IMG/VR virus record: IMGVR_UViG_3300020042_011096
Location: 1 to 32,239 of that record
DNA from: a virus
Lineage: Duplodnaviria; Caudoviricetes
Direction: 5' to 3' (one strand)
Length of the DNA stretch: 32,239 nt
Shown here: piece after piece, positions 9,226-16,139 of the stretch
Numbering within the stretch: position 1 is the stretch's first letter
How the letters are laid out: each line of letters starts with the position of its first letter
Made by a program: the position numbers and the translations under genes
The notes under the pieces: model-generated
What the model saw: only the letters and a program-made list of their open reading frames with translations
Told to the model about the DNA's origin: nothing
Database searches by the model: none

Positions 9226-9600
9226 TCACTTTCGTTCCTGATATTTAAAACCAACAGAACCAGCCATATCATTTTCACAATCATACAAACCAATCTGAGA
9301 AGCTAATTCATTTTGCTTTTCATTTGACCACACTAATTGCAAATATTTTTCTGTTTCAAAGCTTTCAGATGGATATCCTGGAATCTCTTTTTGCCAGAAA
9401 ACAGTGTACACTGTGTGCTCGTTATTAACGACAGCTTGTGCCTGATGATCAAAGCTAGCGTTTGTTTCGGTGTTGATATCAATTATAAGTCCGAGTGAAC
9501 CGTGTCTTTCGGTTCTAACAGGTTTATGTGGAAAGTCATAACGCACAAGATCCCCAACTTGTAATCCGCTTAGTGGTTGAATAAAATATTTCTTAATCAT
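9226..9600 (-). CDS. Hypothetical protein, KOW/SH3-like pattern
   Basis: LQVGDLVRY...GLIIDI...YTVFW pattern. Confidence 0.6.
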   Translation of the reverse strand: MIKKYFIQPLSGLQVGDLVRYDFPHKPVRTERHGSLGLIIDINTETNASFDHQAQAVVNNEHTVYTVFWQKEIPGYPSESFETEKYLQLVWSNEKQNELASQIGLYDCENDMAGSVGFKYQERK

Positions 9601-9806
9601 TTTGAATATCCGTTGGCGGCGTTATAACCGGTTACGTGAATTACGGCAGTACTGCCTTCAAAAGAATTCATTTTCTTCAAGTGGACGGTTTTACATATAG
9701 GGCAAGACACCTGCAAGATTCTACCATCATCAGCTACATCTTTCAGTGATACCAATAATTCTTGAATGGCATCACAATTCATACATTTAACGTTATATAA
9801 AGGCAT
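9597..9806 (-). CDS. FmdB-family zinc-ribbon protein
   Basis: Start reassigned to 9806 (SD AGGAG); MPLYNVKCMNC...CPICKT...LKKMNS. Confidence 0.8.
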   Translation of the reverse strand: MPLYNVKCMNCDAIQELLVSLKDVADDGRILQVSCPICKTVHLKKMNSFEGSTAVIHVTGYNAANGYSK

Positions 9807-9849
9807 TTTAAATCTCCTGAGCATATATGCTCTAATATATATAGTCTGA

Positions 9850-10323
9850 TTATTGAGCAACGGCAATGTTTTGTTTGTGATCCTGAATGATATGCATCTC
9901 TTGTTTAGCATTTAGATAAGCTTGATGTGCTTCTTGTTCAGTTTCGTATAGTCCAAGAAATTTATTTTTGCGATTTATCACTATCTTCGCTTTCCATTTT
10001 TTATTAATGCTATCCCAATGATAGCCCTTGGCTTTGGTATTGAACAAGTTTTCTTGGTGTGTAACTAATCTTAAATTTGACAATAAGTTATTACTTTTGT
10101 TTCCGTCAATATGATCAATGTATAGTCCTGCAGGAATAGGACCATTAGCTAATGCATATATAACACGATGAAGATATATGTTTTTTGGTTTTTTTGTTTC
10201 TGGATTCCAGATTCCGTGGGATATATAACCGTTACAGTAACACCAGGCACCATAAGCTTCCACGGCATCACGGAACTTATCGTCAATCATTAATTCAATC
10301 TTGCTTTTTCGTTTCTTGCCCAC
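9850..10323 (-). CDS. HNH endonuclease with C-terminal AP2-like DNA-binding domain
   Basis: LHRVIY...IDHIDGNKSNNLLSNLR...ENLFN; KWKAKI...FLGLYETEQEAHQAY; GTG start with SD GAGG. Confidence 0.92.
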   Translation of the reverse strand: MGKKRKSKIELMIDDKFRDAVEAYGAWCYCNGYISHGIWNPETKKPKNIYLHRVIYALANGPIPAGLYIDHIDGNKSNNLLSNLRLVTHQENLFNTKAKGYHWDSINKKWKAKIVINRKNKFLGLYETEQEAHQAYLNAKQEMHIIQDHKQNIAVAQ

Positions 10324-10331
10324 AAATCACC

Positions 10332-10751
10332 TCATCCAATCGTTATAGCTTGCTGACGATTCTTGGTAGACCAAGACACATGGACCCAGCCACTGCCAAG
10401 AACATCTGGCTTGACGTATTCTAGTATGAGTTGGTCAAATTGCAAGTTAAATTTAATCCAGTCAAATAACTGTTGATTATCAATTCCGGAAATCTCTATA
10501 TCAGCTGCACAACCGGTCATGTGTTGGCTGTTTCTTGCTCCACCGATGGCTTTATTAAGTTTAAGGCATCTATAACCACTATTAATAGTTACTGGCATTC
10601 CAAAATGAGTACGTACCTTCTCAAGCACATTGACACAAAGAGCTTTAAGATTTTCAATTTCAACTGGAGAAGGATTGTTTTCAATCCCTTTCCGACTAGC
10701 TGTTTGGCTTTTTGTAAATTCAGTCAAAGAAAAATTTTCTGATAGTTTCAT
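10332..10751 (-). CDS. Peptidase M15A-type Zn endolysin
   Basis: MKLSENFSLTEF, INSGYRC, SQHMTGCAAD, DQLILE, WVHVS; start reassigned to 10751 after SD GAGGG. Confidence 0.9.
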   Translation of the reverse strand: MKLSENFSLTEFTKSQTASRKGIENNPSPVEIENLKALCVNVLEKVRTHFGMPVTINSGYRCLKLNKAIGGARNSQHMTGCAADIEISGIDNQQLFDWIKFNLQFDQLILEYVKPDVLGSGWVHVSWSTKNRQQAITIG

Positions 10752-10780
10752 ATTTATTACTTCCCTCTTATTAGTAGGAC

Positions 10781-10817
10781 AAAAACAGAGAGCCTGAAGG
10801 CACAACTTTCAGGCTCT
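10781..10817 (-). terminator. Intrinsic terminator/attenuator just upstream of the endolysin
   Basis: 10-bp stem agagcctgaa/ttcaggctct (10789-10817) followed on the minus strand by ctgttttt. Confidence 0.75.
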
Positions 10818-10948
10818 TTGAAATACATTTAATCACAGGAGTTACAAAATGTCAAAACAAACTAAATGTATTTTTTTCCCTAAAAGAATAATACGCTTGC
10901 ACAGAAGTAACTAAAAGTCACTGACACTTACTGTTTTCAGTAGTGTCA
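10781..10948 (-). ncRNA. Candidate ~165-nt small RNA or attenuated leader of the lysis operon
   Basis: Bounded by a near-consensus sigma70 promoter and a terminator; contains three hairpins. Confidence 0.55.
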
Positions 10949-11070
10949 GGATCAGTATAGACCCTGTCTTCTGGAATGTCAAGGTCTTCTTCAGAGATTT
11001 CTTCTTCAAGGAGAAAATCCAGGAATTCTATAATTGTATCTATTTCTAAGAGCATGATGTTTTTATTCAT
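10918..11070 (-). CDS. Possible 50-aa highly acidic protein
   Basis: MNKNIMLLEIDTIIEFLDFLLEEEISEEDLDIPEDRVYTDPDTTENSKCQ; no SD, and it overlaps a promoter. Confidence 0.4.
   Translation of the reverse strand: MNKNIMLLEIDTIIEFLDFLLEEEISEEDLDIPEDRVYTDPDTTENSKCQ
10954..10982 (-). promoter_or_regulatory. Sigma70-type promoter
   Basis: Minus strand TTGACA-17 nt-TATACT. Confidence 0.8.
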
Positions 11071-11099
11071 ACAAGTAACTAGTATCTGATTAGTAGAAA

Positions 11100-11400
11100 A
11101 GCAGTTTATATTTCAGTCTTTCTTGTTATTTGACAGCTTTATGACTGAGGTCTTTTCTTTTTTCGTTAGACACAGCTTCAGTTAACTATATAGGCGAGCG
11201 TAAAGCCTCGCAGAGGCTGCGCATCGCCGTTGGTAAGTCAGTCAAAGTACAGTCTCTTCTGTTTTTTATTCAGTCAAAGTACAGTTTTTTTATTTAGTTT
11301 CTTTTTCTTTTACTGACTCAATCACCGGTAGTAATCTAATCCACGTAAAGAACCCCTATACAATGTTACTGTAAATCAGTTCAGTAATACAAGCTGTTAA
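11100..11400. other. Candidate replication origin region
   Basis: Part of the longest non-coding stretch. GC-rich nested hairpin at 11193-11228; 16-bp direct repeat at 11238-11253 and 11270-11285; adjacent T-rich tract; many TCAGT/ACTGA motifs. Confidence 0.4.
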
Positions 11401-11424
11401 ACTTGCACTACATCTGATTGAAGA

Positions 11425-11650
11425 AAACTGGTACCGATTGCCAGTTTCGTATTTGGGTACTCTAGTCGCCAGGACTATTTGTGGTCAACACTAGGTAAAT
11501 CTAATGAGGACGAATACGAAGAGAGTCCGATATCGTGAGCTTTCATTAGGAAAGCCTATCACTCGTCTTCTCGCGGTACCGGAACTATATGTCCCGTTAG
11601 TATAAGTAGCATGACTTACCGCGAAACGCCAGCTCTATTGCTAGATTTCG
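11425..11650. ncRNA. Candidate multi-stem structured RNA or ssDNA element
   Basis: Nested inverted repeats at 11425-33/11439-47, 11445-55/11511-21, 11539-44/11550-55 and 11571-78/11617-24; no ORF of 60 aa or more. Confidence 0.4.
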
Positions 11651-11689
11651 GGAGAAAAAGAAAAAAACTTGTTCAAGCAGCTAGAGGTC

Positions 11690-11718
11690 TTGATCTATTC
11701 ATATTTTAGGTCTAGACT
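11690..11718 (+). promoter_or_regulatory. Sigma70-type promoter for the HNH gene
   Basis: TTGATC-17 nt-TAGACT just upstream of SD CAGGAG. Confidence 0.6.
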
Positions 11719-11737
11719 AGAAGAACAGGAGTTACAC

Positions 11738-12199
11738 ATGAGCAGACCCATAAATGTTACAGACAGAACTAACGTTGAGATTACGGTAGACGAAAAGATG
11801 GTAGATAAAGTCTTGCAGTACGGCAGCTGGTACCGTAATGCTAATGGTTATATTGTTATTGACCAAGAAACCGAACGTGGCCAAATAACGCAGGTATTAC
11901 TGCACCGACTGGTTTATGAACTAGCGTTCGGACCACTAGCCAAGGGTCAGTACGTTGAGCATCTTGATGGTGATCAGGATAATAACCTGCTAGACAATAT
12001 TACTATTGTTAATACCCGTCATTATCTTGACAGCTTGACTAACCGACGTGGATACTTCTGGCATACAAAACGCCAACTATGGCAAGCCCAAGTCTCATTT
12101 AACGGTAAAACAAAAATTCTTGGTTGGTATAAGACAGAAATAAAAGCTTATGAAGCGCATATGAAGGCACGAACCATTTACAAGCTAGCCAGCGTTTAG
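11738..12199 (+). CDS. HNH-AP2 protein with divergent active site
   Basis: Start reassigned to ATG 11738 (SD CAGGAG); LHRLVY...VEHLDGDQDNNLLDNI; AP2-like WQAQV...LGWYKTEIKAYEAH. Confidence 0.85.
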   Translation: MSRPINVTDRTNVEITVDEKMVDKVLQYGSWYRNANGYIVIDQETERGQITQVLLHRLVYELAFGPLAKGQYVEHLDGDQDNNLLDNITIVNTRHYLDSLTNRRGYFWHTKRQLWQAQVSFNGKTKILGWYKTEIKAYEAHMKARTIYKLASV

Positions 12200-12201
12200 G
12201 C

Positions 12202-12230
12202 TAGACAGCCTGACTGACACCTGCTATGAT
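12202..12230 (+). promoter_or_regulatory. Sigma70-type promoter with extended -10
   Basis: TAGACA-17 nt-TATGAT, preceded by TGc. Confidence 0.7.
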
Positions 12231-12250
12231 GGCTAACCCAGGAGCACACA

Positions 12251-12394
12251 ATGACCCGCGCAGAACAAATCAAAAGCCTACTTAGCCAGCTTCAAGAAAT
12301 GAATCTCTCTGTGGAAGAACTAGTTCTTTATAGTTCACCTCCACTTGCAGATGATGAAGCTGAATACGATGAGAATACAGTCTTTGACTTCTGA
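12251..12394 (+). CDS. 47-aa protein with acidic, Phe-terminated tail (below the ORF-track cutoff)
   Basis: SD CAGGAG; MTRAEQIKSLLSQLQEMNLSVEELVLYSSPPLADDEAEYDENTVFDF; has its own promoter and terminator. Confidence 0.8.
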   Translation: MTRAEQIKSLLSQLQEMNLSVEELVLYSSPPLADDEAEYDENTVFDF

Positions 12395-12398
12395 TATG

Positions 12399-12427
12399 AC
12401 ACCCGCCTAAGAGCGGGTGTTTTTTTT
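12399..12427 (+). terminator. Intrinsic terminator
   Basis: acacccgc-ctaaga-gcgggtgt followed by a T-run. Confidence 0.9.
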
Positions 12428-12436
12428 GGTAATGTC

Positions 12437-12778
12437 ATGAAATATGCTAATATACTAATACATCAGGAGAAGTTGCTGATTGTATTTGAATACTTACGCC
12501 AGTTACCAGATAAAGTGACAAACCTGCATAAACTACATGAGGATTATCTAGCATTTTGTCGCGCCAAGGTAAGCATTAAATATGCCATTGGAAAGTTTTC
12601 TTTTGCTGGGATAATCCAGAAATTAGGTTGTAGACGGTGCAGAAGCACAGCTGCTAGCCGTTGGATATTGCCTGATGAGTTTGATGTAGAGGAGTTGATA
12701 GAGCTGATCTCAGAAGAGACAAATCGTTTAATAGCCATTGGCGACGATGCACGTGCTAATTTTGATAGATTGAAGTAG
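12437..12778 (+). CDS. Putative winged-helix DNA-binding protein resembling the C-terminal domain of D5/P4-alpha-type primase-helicases
   Basis: LHEDYLAFC...IGKFSFAGIIQKLGCRRCRS...RW pattern. Confidence 0.5.
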   Translation: MKYANILIHQEKLLIVFEYLRQLPDKVTNLHKLHEDYLAFCRAKVSIKYAIGKFSFAGIIQKLGCRRCRSTAASRWILPDEFDVEELIELISEETNRLIAIGDDARANFDRLK

Positions 12779-12785
12779 GAGATAT

Positions 12786-13079
12786 ATGCTAATCCCCAAG
12801 ATGAATGAATCATTCTATGCCCTCGTAAGTGTTTGGCTAGCCCGTATGCAATCAATATTTGATATCATAGATGATGCCAAGATACGTATCCATTATGAAT
12901 TTGGTGAGATATATCTTGGCATAGAGATTGCACCTAGTGAGGATATTAACGAAGGTCTAATGTGGTCTGGTACCAACAGCACGCTTATTGTGGATGAAGC
13001 TGAATGCTACCACGTATGTATCCGATATAACTCTATATTGGCTGACATGTATGAATCTGCAATGCGCGATAACCGATAG
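12786..13079 (+). CDS. Hypothetical protein
   Basis: 97 aa; SD AGGAG. Confidence 0.7.
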   Translation: MLIPKMNESFYALVSVWLARMQSIFDIIDDAKIRIHYEFGEIYLGIEIAPSEDINEGLMWSGTNSTLIVDEAECYHVCIRYNSILADMYESAMRDNR

Positions 13080-13082
13080 ATA

Positions 13083-13109
13083 CGGGTTATTATTAAATAT
13101 AATATTACT
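13083..13109 (+). promoter_or_regulatory. Degenerate copy of the CGGGTTATT...AATATTA element, upstream of the scaffold gene
   Basis: cgggttattattaaatataatattact resembles the 16111 and 28862 copies. Confidence 0.5.
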
Positions 13110-13149
13110 GGACCATAGTGGTCCTGCAATTCTCTTAGGAATAAAAACT

Positions 13150-14034
13150 ATGTCATTTGATAATAACGGCGGTAGTGATAATACTAATTTGGGTGATTCG
13201 CCATCACCGGCTGGAGAAAGCTCCGAACTAGACAGCGTTGGATCGTCCGCTAACGAACCACCAATGTCAGCAAGGGACTTCCTGTCTAAGCGTCAAGGGA
13301 TCAACGAAAAGCAAAACATTGCTAATCGTAGGGCAGCTAGATTGACGAACGCTGAATCTGAAGGATCTGTAGCGGGTTCCGAAGAAGAAGCAAGCGATGA
13401 AGAGGGTGGTTCGCAACTATCCAAAAAGGCAGTTGAAAAGGAACGTGATGTTCCTAATCCAAAGTTTCAGCAACGCGTAGATAAGTTAACTGCACGATAC
13501 CATGAGGCAGAAAAGAAAGCAGCTCAGAAAGACGTAGAGATTGAGAAGTATAAAAAAGCAACCGATATACTCCAGAAAGAACTGGAGCGCGTTAGCAAGT
13601 ATGCAAAACTAGATCCACGTGAAGAGCGCATTAAGCAGCTAGAATACGAACGAGAAGTAGAACAGTTCACTAATGGCTTGAGTACCAAGCAAGAAGAAAT
13701 TTATAATTCTTCGGTGACTGAGCATCAGATTCAGTCCAGGGCTGATGAAATCCTGGATGAAGTAAATGAGCTAGCTCAAGAATATGATATGGTATCTCCA
13801 GAAGAAATATTGATTGCGATGAGAGACAGAGGAGAAACTGCAACACAGGCTGCTCGTAGCTTGCACAATGCCCGCCTAGCGCGTGCTAACAAGCGAAATG
13901 TAAGCCATCCATCAACGGTTGGTCGTACCGGTGCACAAGGAACAAATCCAGTTGAACAGCCCTATCGTGGTGCTTCAACTATCAAGGACTTCTTTAATGC
14001 CCGTATTGCTGAACGTGATGGTAAAGCAAAATAG
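13150..14034 (+). CDS. Capsid scaffolding protein
   Basis: Start reassigned to ATG 13150; acidic disordered N-terminus, coiled coil (KFQQRVDKLTARYHEAEKK); directly precedes the capsid gene. Confidence 0.75.
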   Translation: MSFDNNGGSDNTNLGDSPSPAGESSELDSVGSSANEPPMSARDFLSKRQGINEKQNIANRRAARLTNAESEGSVAGSEEEASDEEGGSQLSKKAVEKERDVPNPKFQQRVDKLTARYHEAEKKAAQKDVEIEKYKKATDILQKELERVSKYAKLDPREERIKQLEYEREVEQFTNGLSTKQEEIYNSSVTEHQIQSRADEILDEVNELAQEYDMVSPEEILIAMRDRGETATQAARSLHNARLARANKRNVSHPSTVGRTGAQGTNPVEQPYRGASTIKDFFNARIAERDGKAK

Positions 14035-14081
14035 TATTAAATCAACCGACCTAATAGGTCAAAAACAAGAGGTATATTTTT

Positions 14082-15458
14082 ATGGGTATTGGAAATCTAA
14101 ATGCGACTGATGTCGTCGCTTTCGCTGCACGCGAAGGCAACAAGATGATTGAAGCGCAAGTTAATATGAAAGCAAAGCTTTTCGCGGCTCTTGATAAGAC
14201 GCCGATGAAGGGTCGTCGTGCGGTAATCAACGTTGTCAATGGTGGTCTATCCTCAACCGCGCAGGTTTTGGACTTTGGCGCGCTTCCAACGGAAGCCGCT
14301 ACAGTTCCAGCGCAAGGTTTCGTTGACGCTGTTGGTTATGTTTCACGTTTGGGTCTTGGTCGTATCGCGCTTGAAACCCTTTCAGGTGTTGATGACTCCG
14401 CTGACCTCCTAGATCTTCAGCTGCAGATTGCTGCTGATGACATGGCTCGTCAAATTGGTCGTTCAGTGTTTGGTTCAGAACTTGCTGCTCCAACTGTTGC
14501 CGGTTCAACGGTCACTCAAGCCATCGCCAGTGGTGTAACCGTCATGACTGTTGTTTTCACTGGCGGTCTAAGTGACTTCCGTGAAGGCGAAGCTTATGCT
14601 TACGAATCTTCACTCGCAGCAGCCGTTGCTCTTTTCAATTCGTTTATGGTGCTCTGCACTAACGTCGCTATCACCTCTGATAACGTTGTTACTGTAACGT
14701 TCATCTGCGGTCCCGGTGGTGTTCCTGGCTACACGGCAGGAACCCTTTCCGACCAGCTAGTTGGTGCTAACGGTACTGCCGGTGTTATCCGTACCGCTGA
14801 CCGTTTCTTCCTACGTGGTAATCGCTTGGAACCAGCTGCTGGTACGACAGTTGGTACTCAGACGGCTCGCGGTGCCAGCAACCTTGGTATCGTAGATCTT
14901 CAGCTTGTGACCAGCCAGTCAGCGACTCTTCACGGTCTTCCTGCTGGTGCTAACGGTTGGACTGGTCTTACCTTTACTGGCGTTGGTTCACCAACTGCCG
15001 AATTGTTCATGGGTAAGTCTAAGATCCTTCAGGCACGTGCTGGTGTTGCTCCTACGCATCTTGTTCTTGGCACTCTTGCTTCCGGTGCCTATGGTGCCGC
15101 GCAGATCACCAATGGTACGGGATTCGGTCTTGGCGCTGCTCTAACTCAGCCACGCCGCAATGTTGATGGTAAGCTTGACAAGTATGGGAAGGACGGTGAT
15201 ATGGAGTCGGGACTTGCGATGTTTGGTCGCCCAGTTCTTATTGACGACAACTGCCCAACGACTGAAGCCTTTATGATCAATAAGGATTACCTGAAGATTG
15301 GCGAATGGAAGAAACTATCTGCTGAAGACGAAGGTGGTTCCCCGCTCTTGCTCAGCCGTTCAACCTACAGCAAGGAAGTTCAGTTCAGCTGCATCTACAA
15401 TATGATTGCGCGCAAAAGAAATGCGCATGCTCGTCTCACCGGTGTAACTATTGTCTGA
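14082..15458 (+). CDS. Major capsid protein (probable HK97 fold with insertion domain)
   Basis: 458 aa; follows scaffold. D-x-A-R-Q-I-G-R backbone-helix-like segment, FGRPVLIDDNCP...AFMIN, and C-terminal RNAHARLTGV; high-expression-like codon bias; strong terminator downstream. Confidence 0.85.
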   Translation: MGIGNLNATDVVAFAAREGNKMIEAQVNMKAKLFAALDKTPMKGRRAVINVVNGGLSSTAQVLDFGALPTEAATVPAQGFVDAVGYVSRLGLGRIALETLSGVDDSADLLDLQLQIAADDMARQIGRSVFGSELAAPTVAGSTVTQAIASGVTVMTVVFTGGLSDFREGEAYAYESSLAAAVALFNSFMVLCTNVAITSDNVVTVTFICGPGGVPGYTAGTLSDQLVGANGTAGVIRTADRFFLRGNRLEPAAGTTVGTQTARGASNLGIVDLQLVTSQSATLHGLPAGANGWTGLTFTGVGSPTAELFMGKSKILQARAGVAPTHLVLGTLASGAYGAAQITNGTGFGLGAALTQPRRNVDGKLDKYGKDGDMESGLAMFGRPVLIDDNCPTTEAFMINKDYLKIGEWKKLSAEDEGGSPLLLSRSTYSKEVQFSCIYNMIARKRNAHARLTGVTIV

Positions 15459-15505
15459 GCTAGCATAAGGAATATACTGCACCAGTTCCTGCAGTATGTT
15501 AGAAG

Positions 15506-15533
15506 GACCGGCAGAAATGCCGGTCTTTTTTTT
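15506..15533 (+). terminator. Intrinsic terminator after the capsid gene
   Basis: gaccggca-gaaa-tgccggtc followed by T8; preceded by a second hairpin at 15471-15500. Confidence 0.92.
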
Positions 15534-15606
15534 ACTTAACATGTCTTTTGCCTATGCATTATACTACTTATTATAGCAGGTTAGACTGCAGTACAGGAGC
15601 ACACAG

Positions 15607-16089
15607 ATGAAAAATAATATAGTTGATAATGGTAATGGCACAAGCACGGTAATAATAGATTCTAAGAAGCATGGTATTAATCTAATACTTATTGACACAG
15701 ATATGGTAGATATGGCCAGCAAGATACGTTGGTGTGTCAATGATAGCAGACCAACCAAGGCAGGTCCATCACGTTATGCAGTAGGGTACCAAGACGGCAA
15801 GTTAATTAAAATGCATAGATACCTGCTCAATACACCACGCCACCTACAAACAGACCACATTAATGGTGACCGATTGGACAACCGGCTGTGTAATCTACGT
15901 GGTGTCTCAAATCAAGAAAATAGTTTTAATCAGAAAAACAGCAAAGGCTATAGCTATAATGCACGTTCAAGAAAGTGGCAGGCACATATTAAAATTAATG
16001 GTAAACTGCTATACTTGGGACTATATGCTACTCCAGATGAAGCACACGCAGCATATGTAGCAGCCAAAACAGTATGGCATAAAATCTAA
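15607..16089 (+). CDS. HNH endonuclease with AP2-like domain
   Basis: MHRYLL...TDHINGDRLDNRLCNLR...ENSFN; KWQAHI...YLGLYATPDEAHAAY; SD CAGGAG. Confidence 0.92.
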   Translation: MKNNIVDNGNGTSTVIIDSKKHGINLILIDTDMVDMASKIRWCVNDSRPTKAGPSRYAVGYQDGKLIKMHRYLLNTPRHLQTDHINGDRLDNRLCNLRGVSNQENSFNQKNSKGYSYNARSRKWQAHIKINGKLLYLGLYATPDEAHAAYVAAKTVWHKI

Positions 16090-16095
16090 AACAAC

Positions 16096-16139
16096 TAACC
16101 CGGTACCAGCCGGGTTATTTTATTCAGAATATTATTATG
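16096..16139 (+). promoter_or_regulatory. Hairpin plus 29-bp repeated element, candidate late promoter
   Basis: taacccgg-taccag-ccgggtta; 16111-16139 is identical to 28862-28890. Confidence 0.6.

Noticed and set aside
11238-11285. Mini-CRISPR array
   Set aside because: Only two 16-bp repeats with a 16-bp spacer, too short for CRISPR, and there are no cas genes.
11501-11535. Hammerhead ribozyme look-alike (ctaatgag-gac...gtc-cgata)
   Set aside because: The conserved core CUGAnGA/GAAA reads CUAAUGA/GAUA, so two essential positions are wrong, and flanking stems I and III are not evident.
10752-11737. Hidden replication gene under a recoded stop codon
   Set aside because: TAA, TAG and TGA all end well-supported genes, and this region is dominated by homopolymer tracts and hairpins. 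I did not test every recoded frame exhaustively.
15456-15500. UGA readthrough or SECIS-like extension of the capsid protein
   Set aside because: The hairpin after the stop lacks recognisable SECIS features, and the extension would run through the terminator after ~26 codons.
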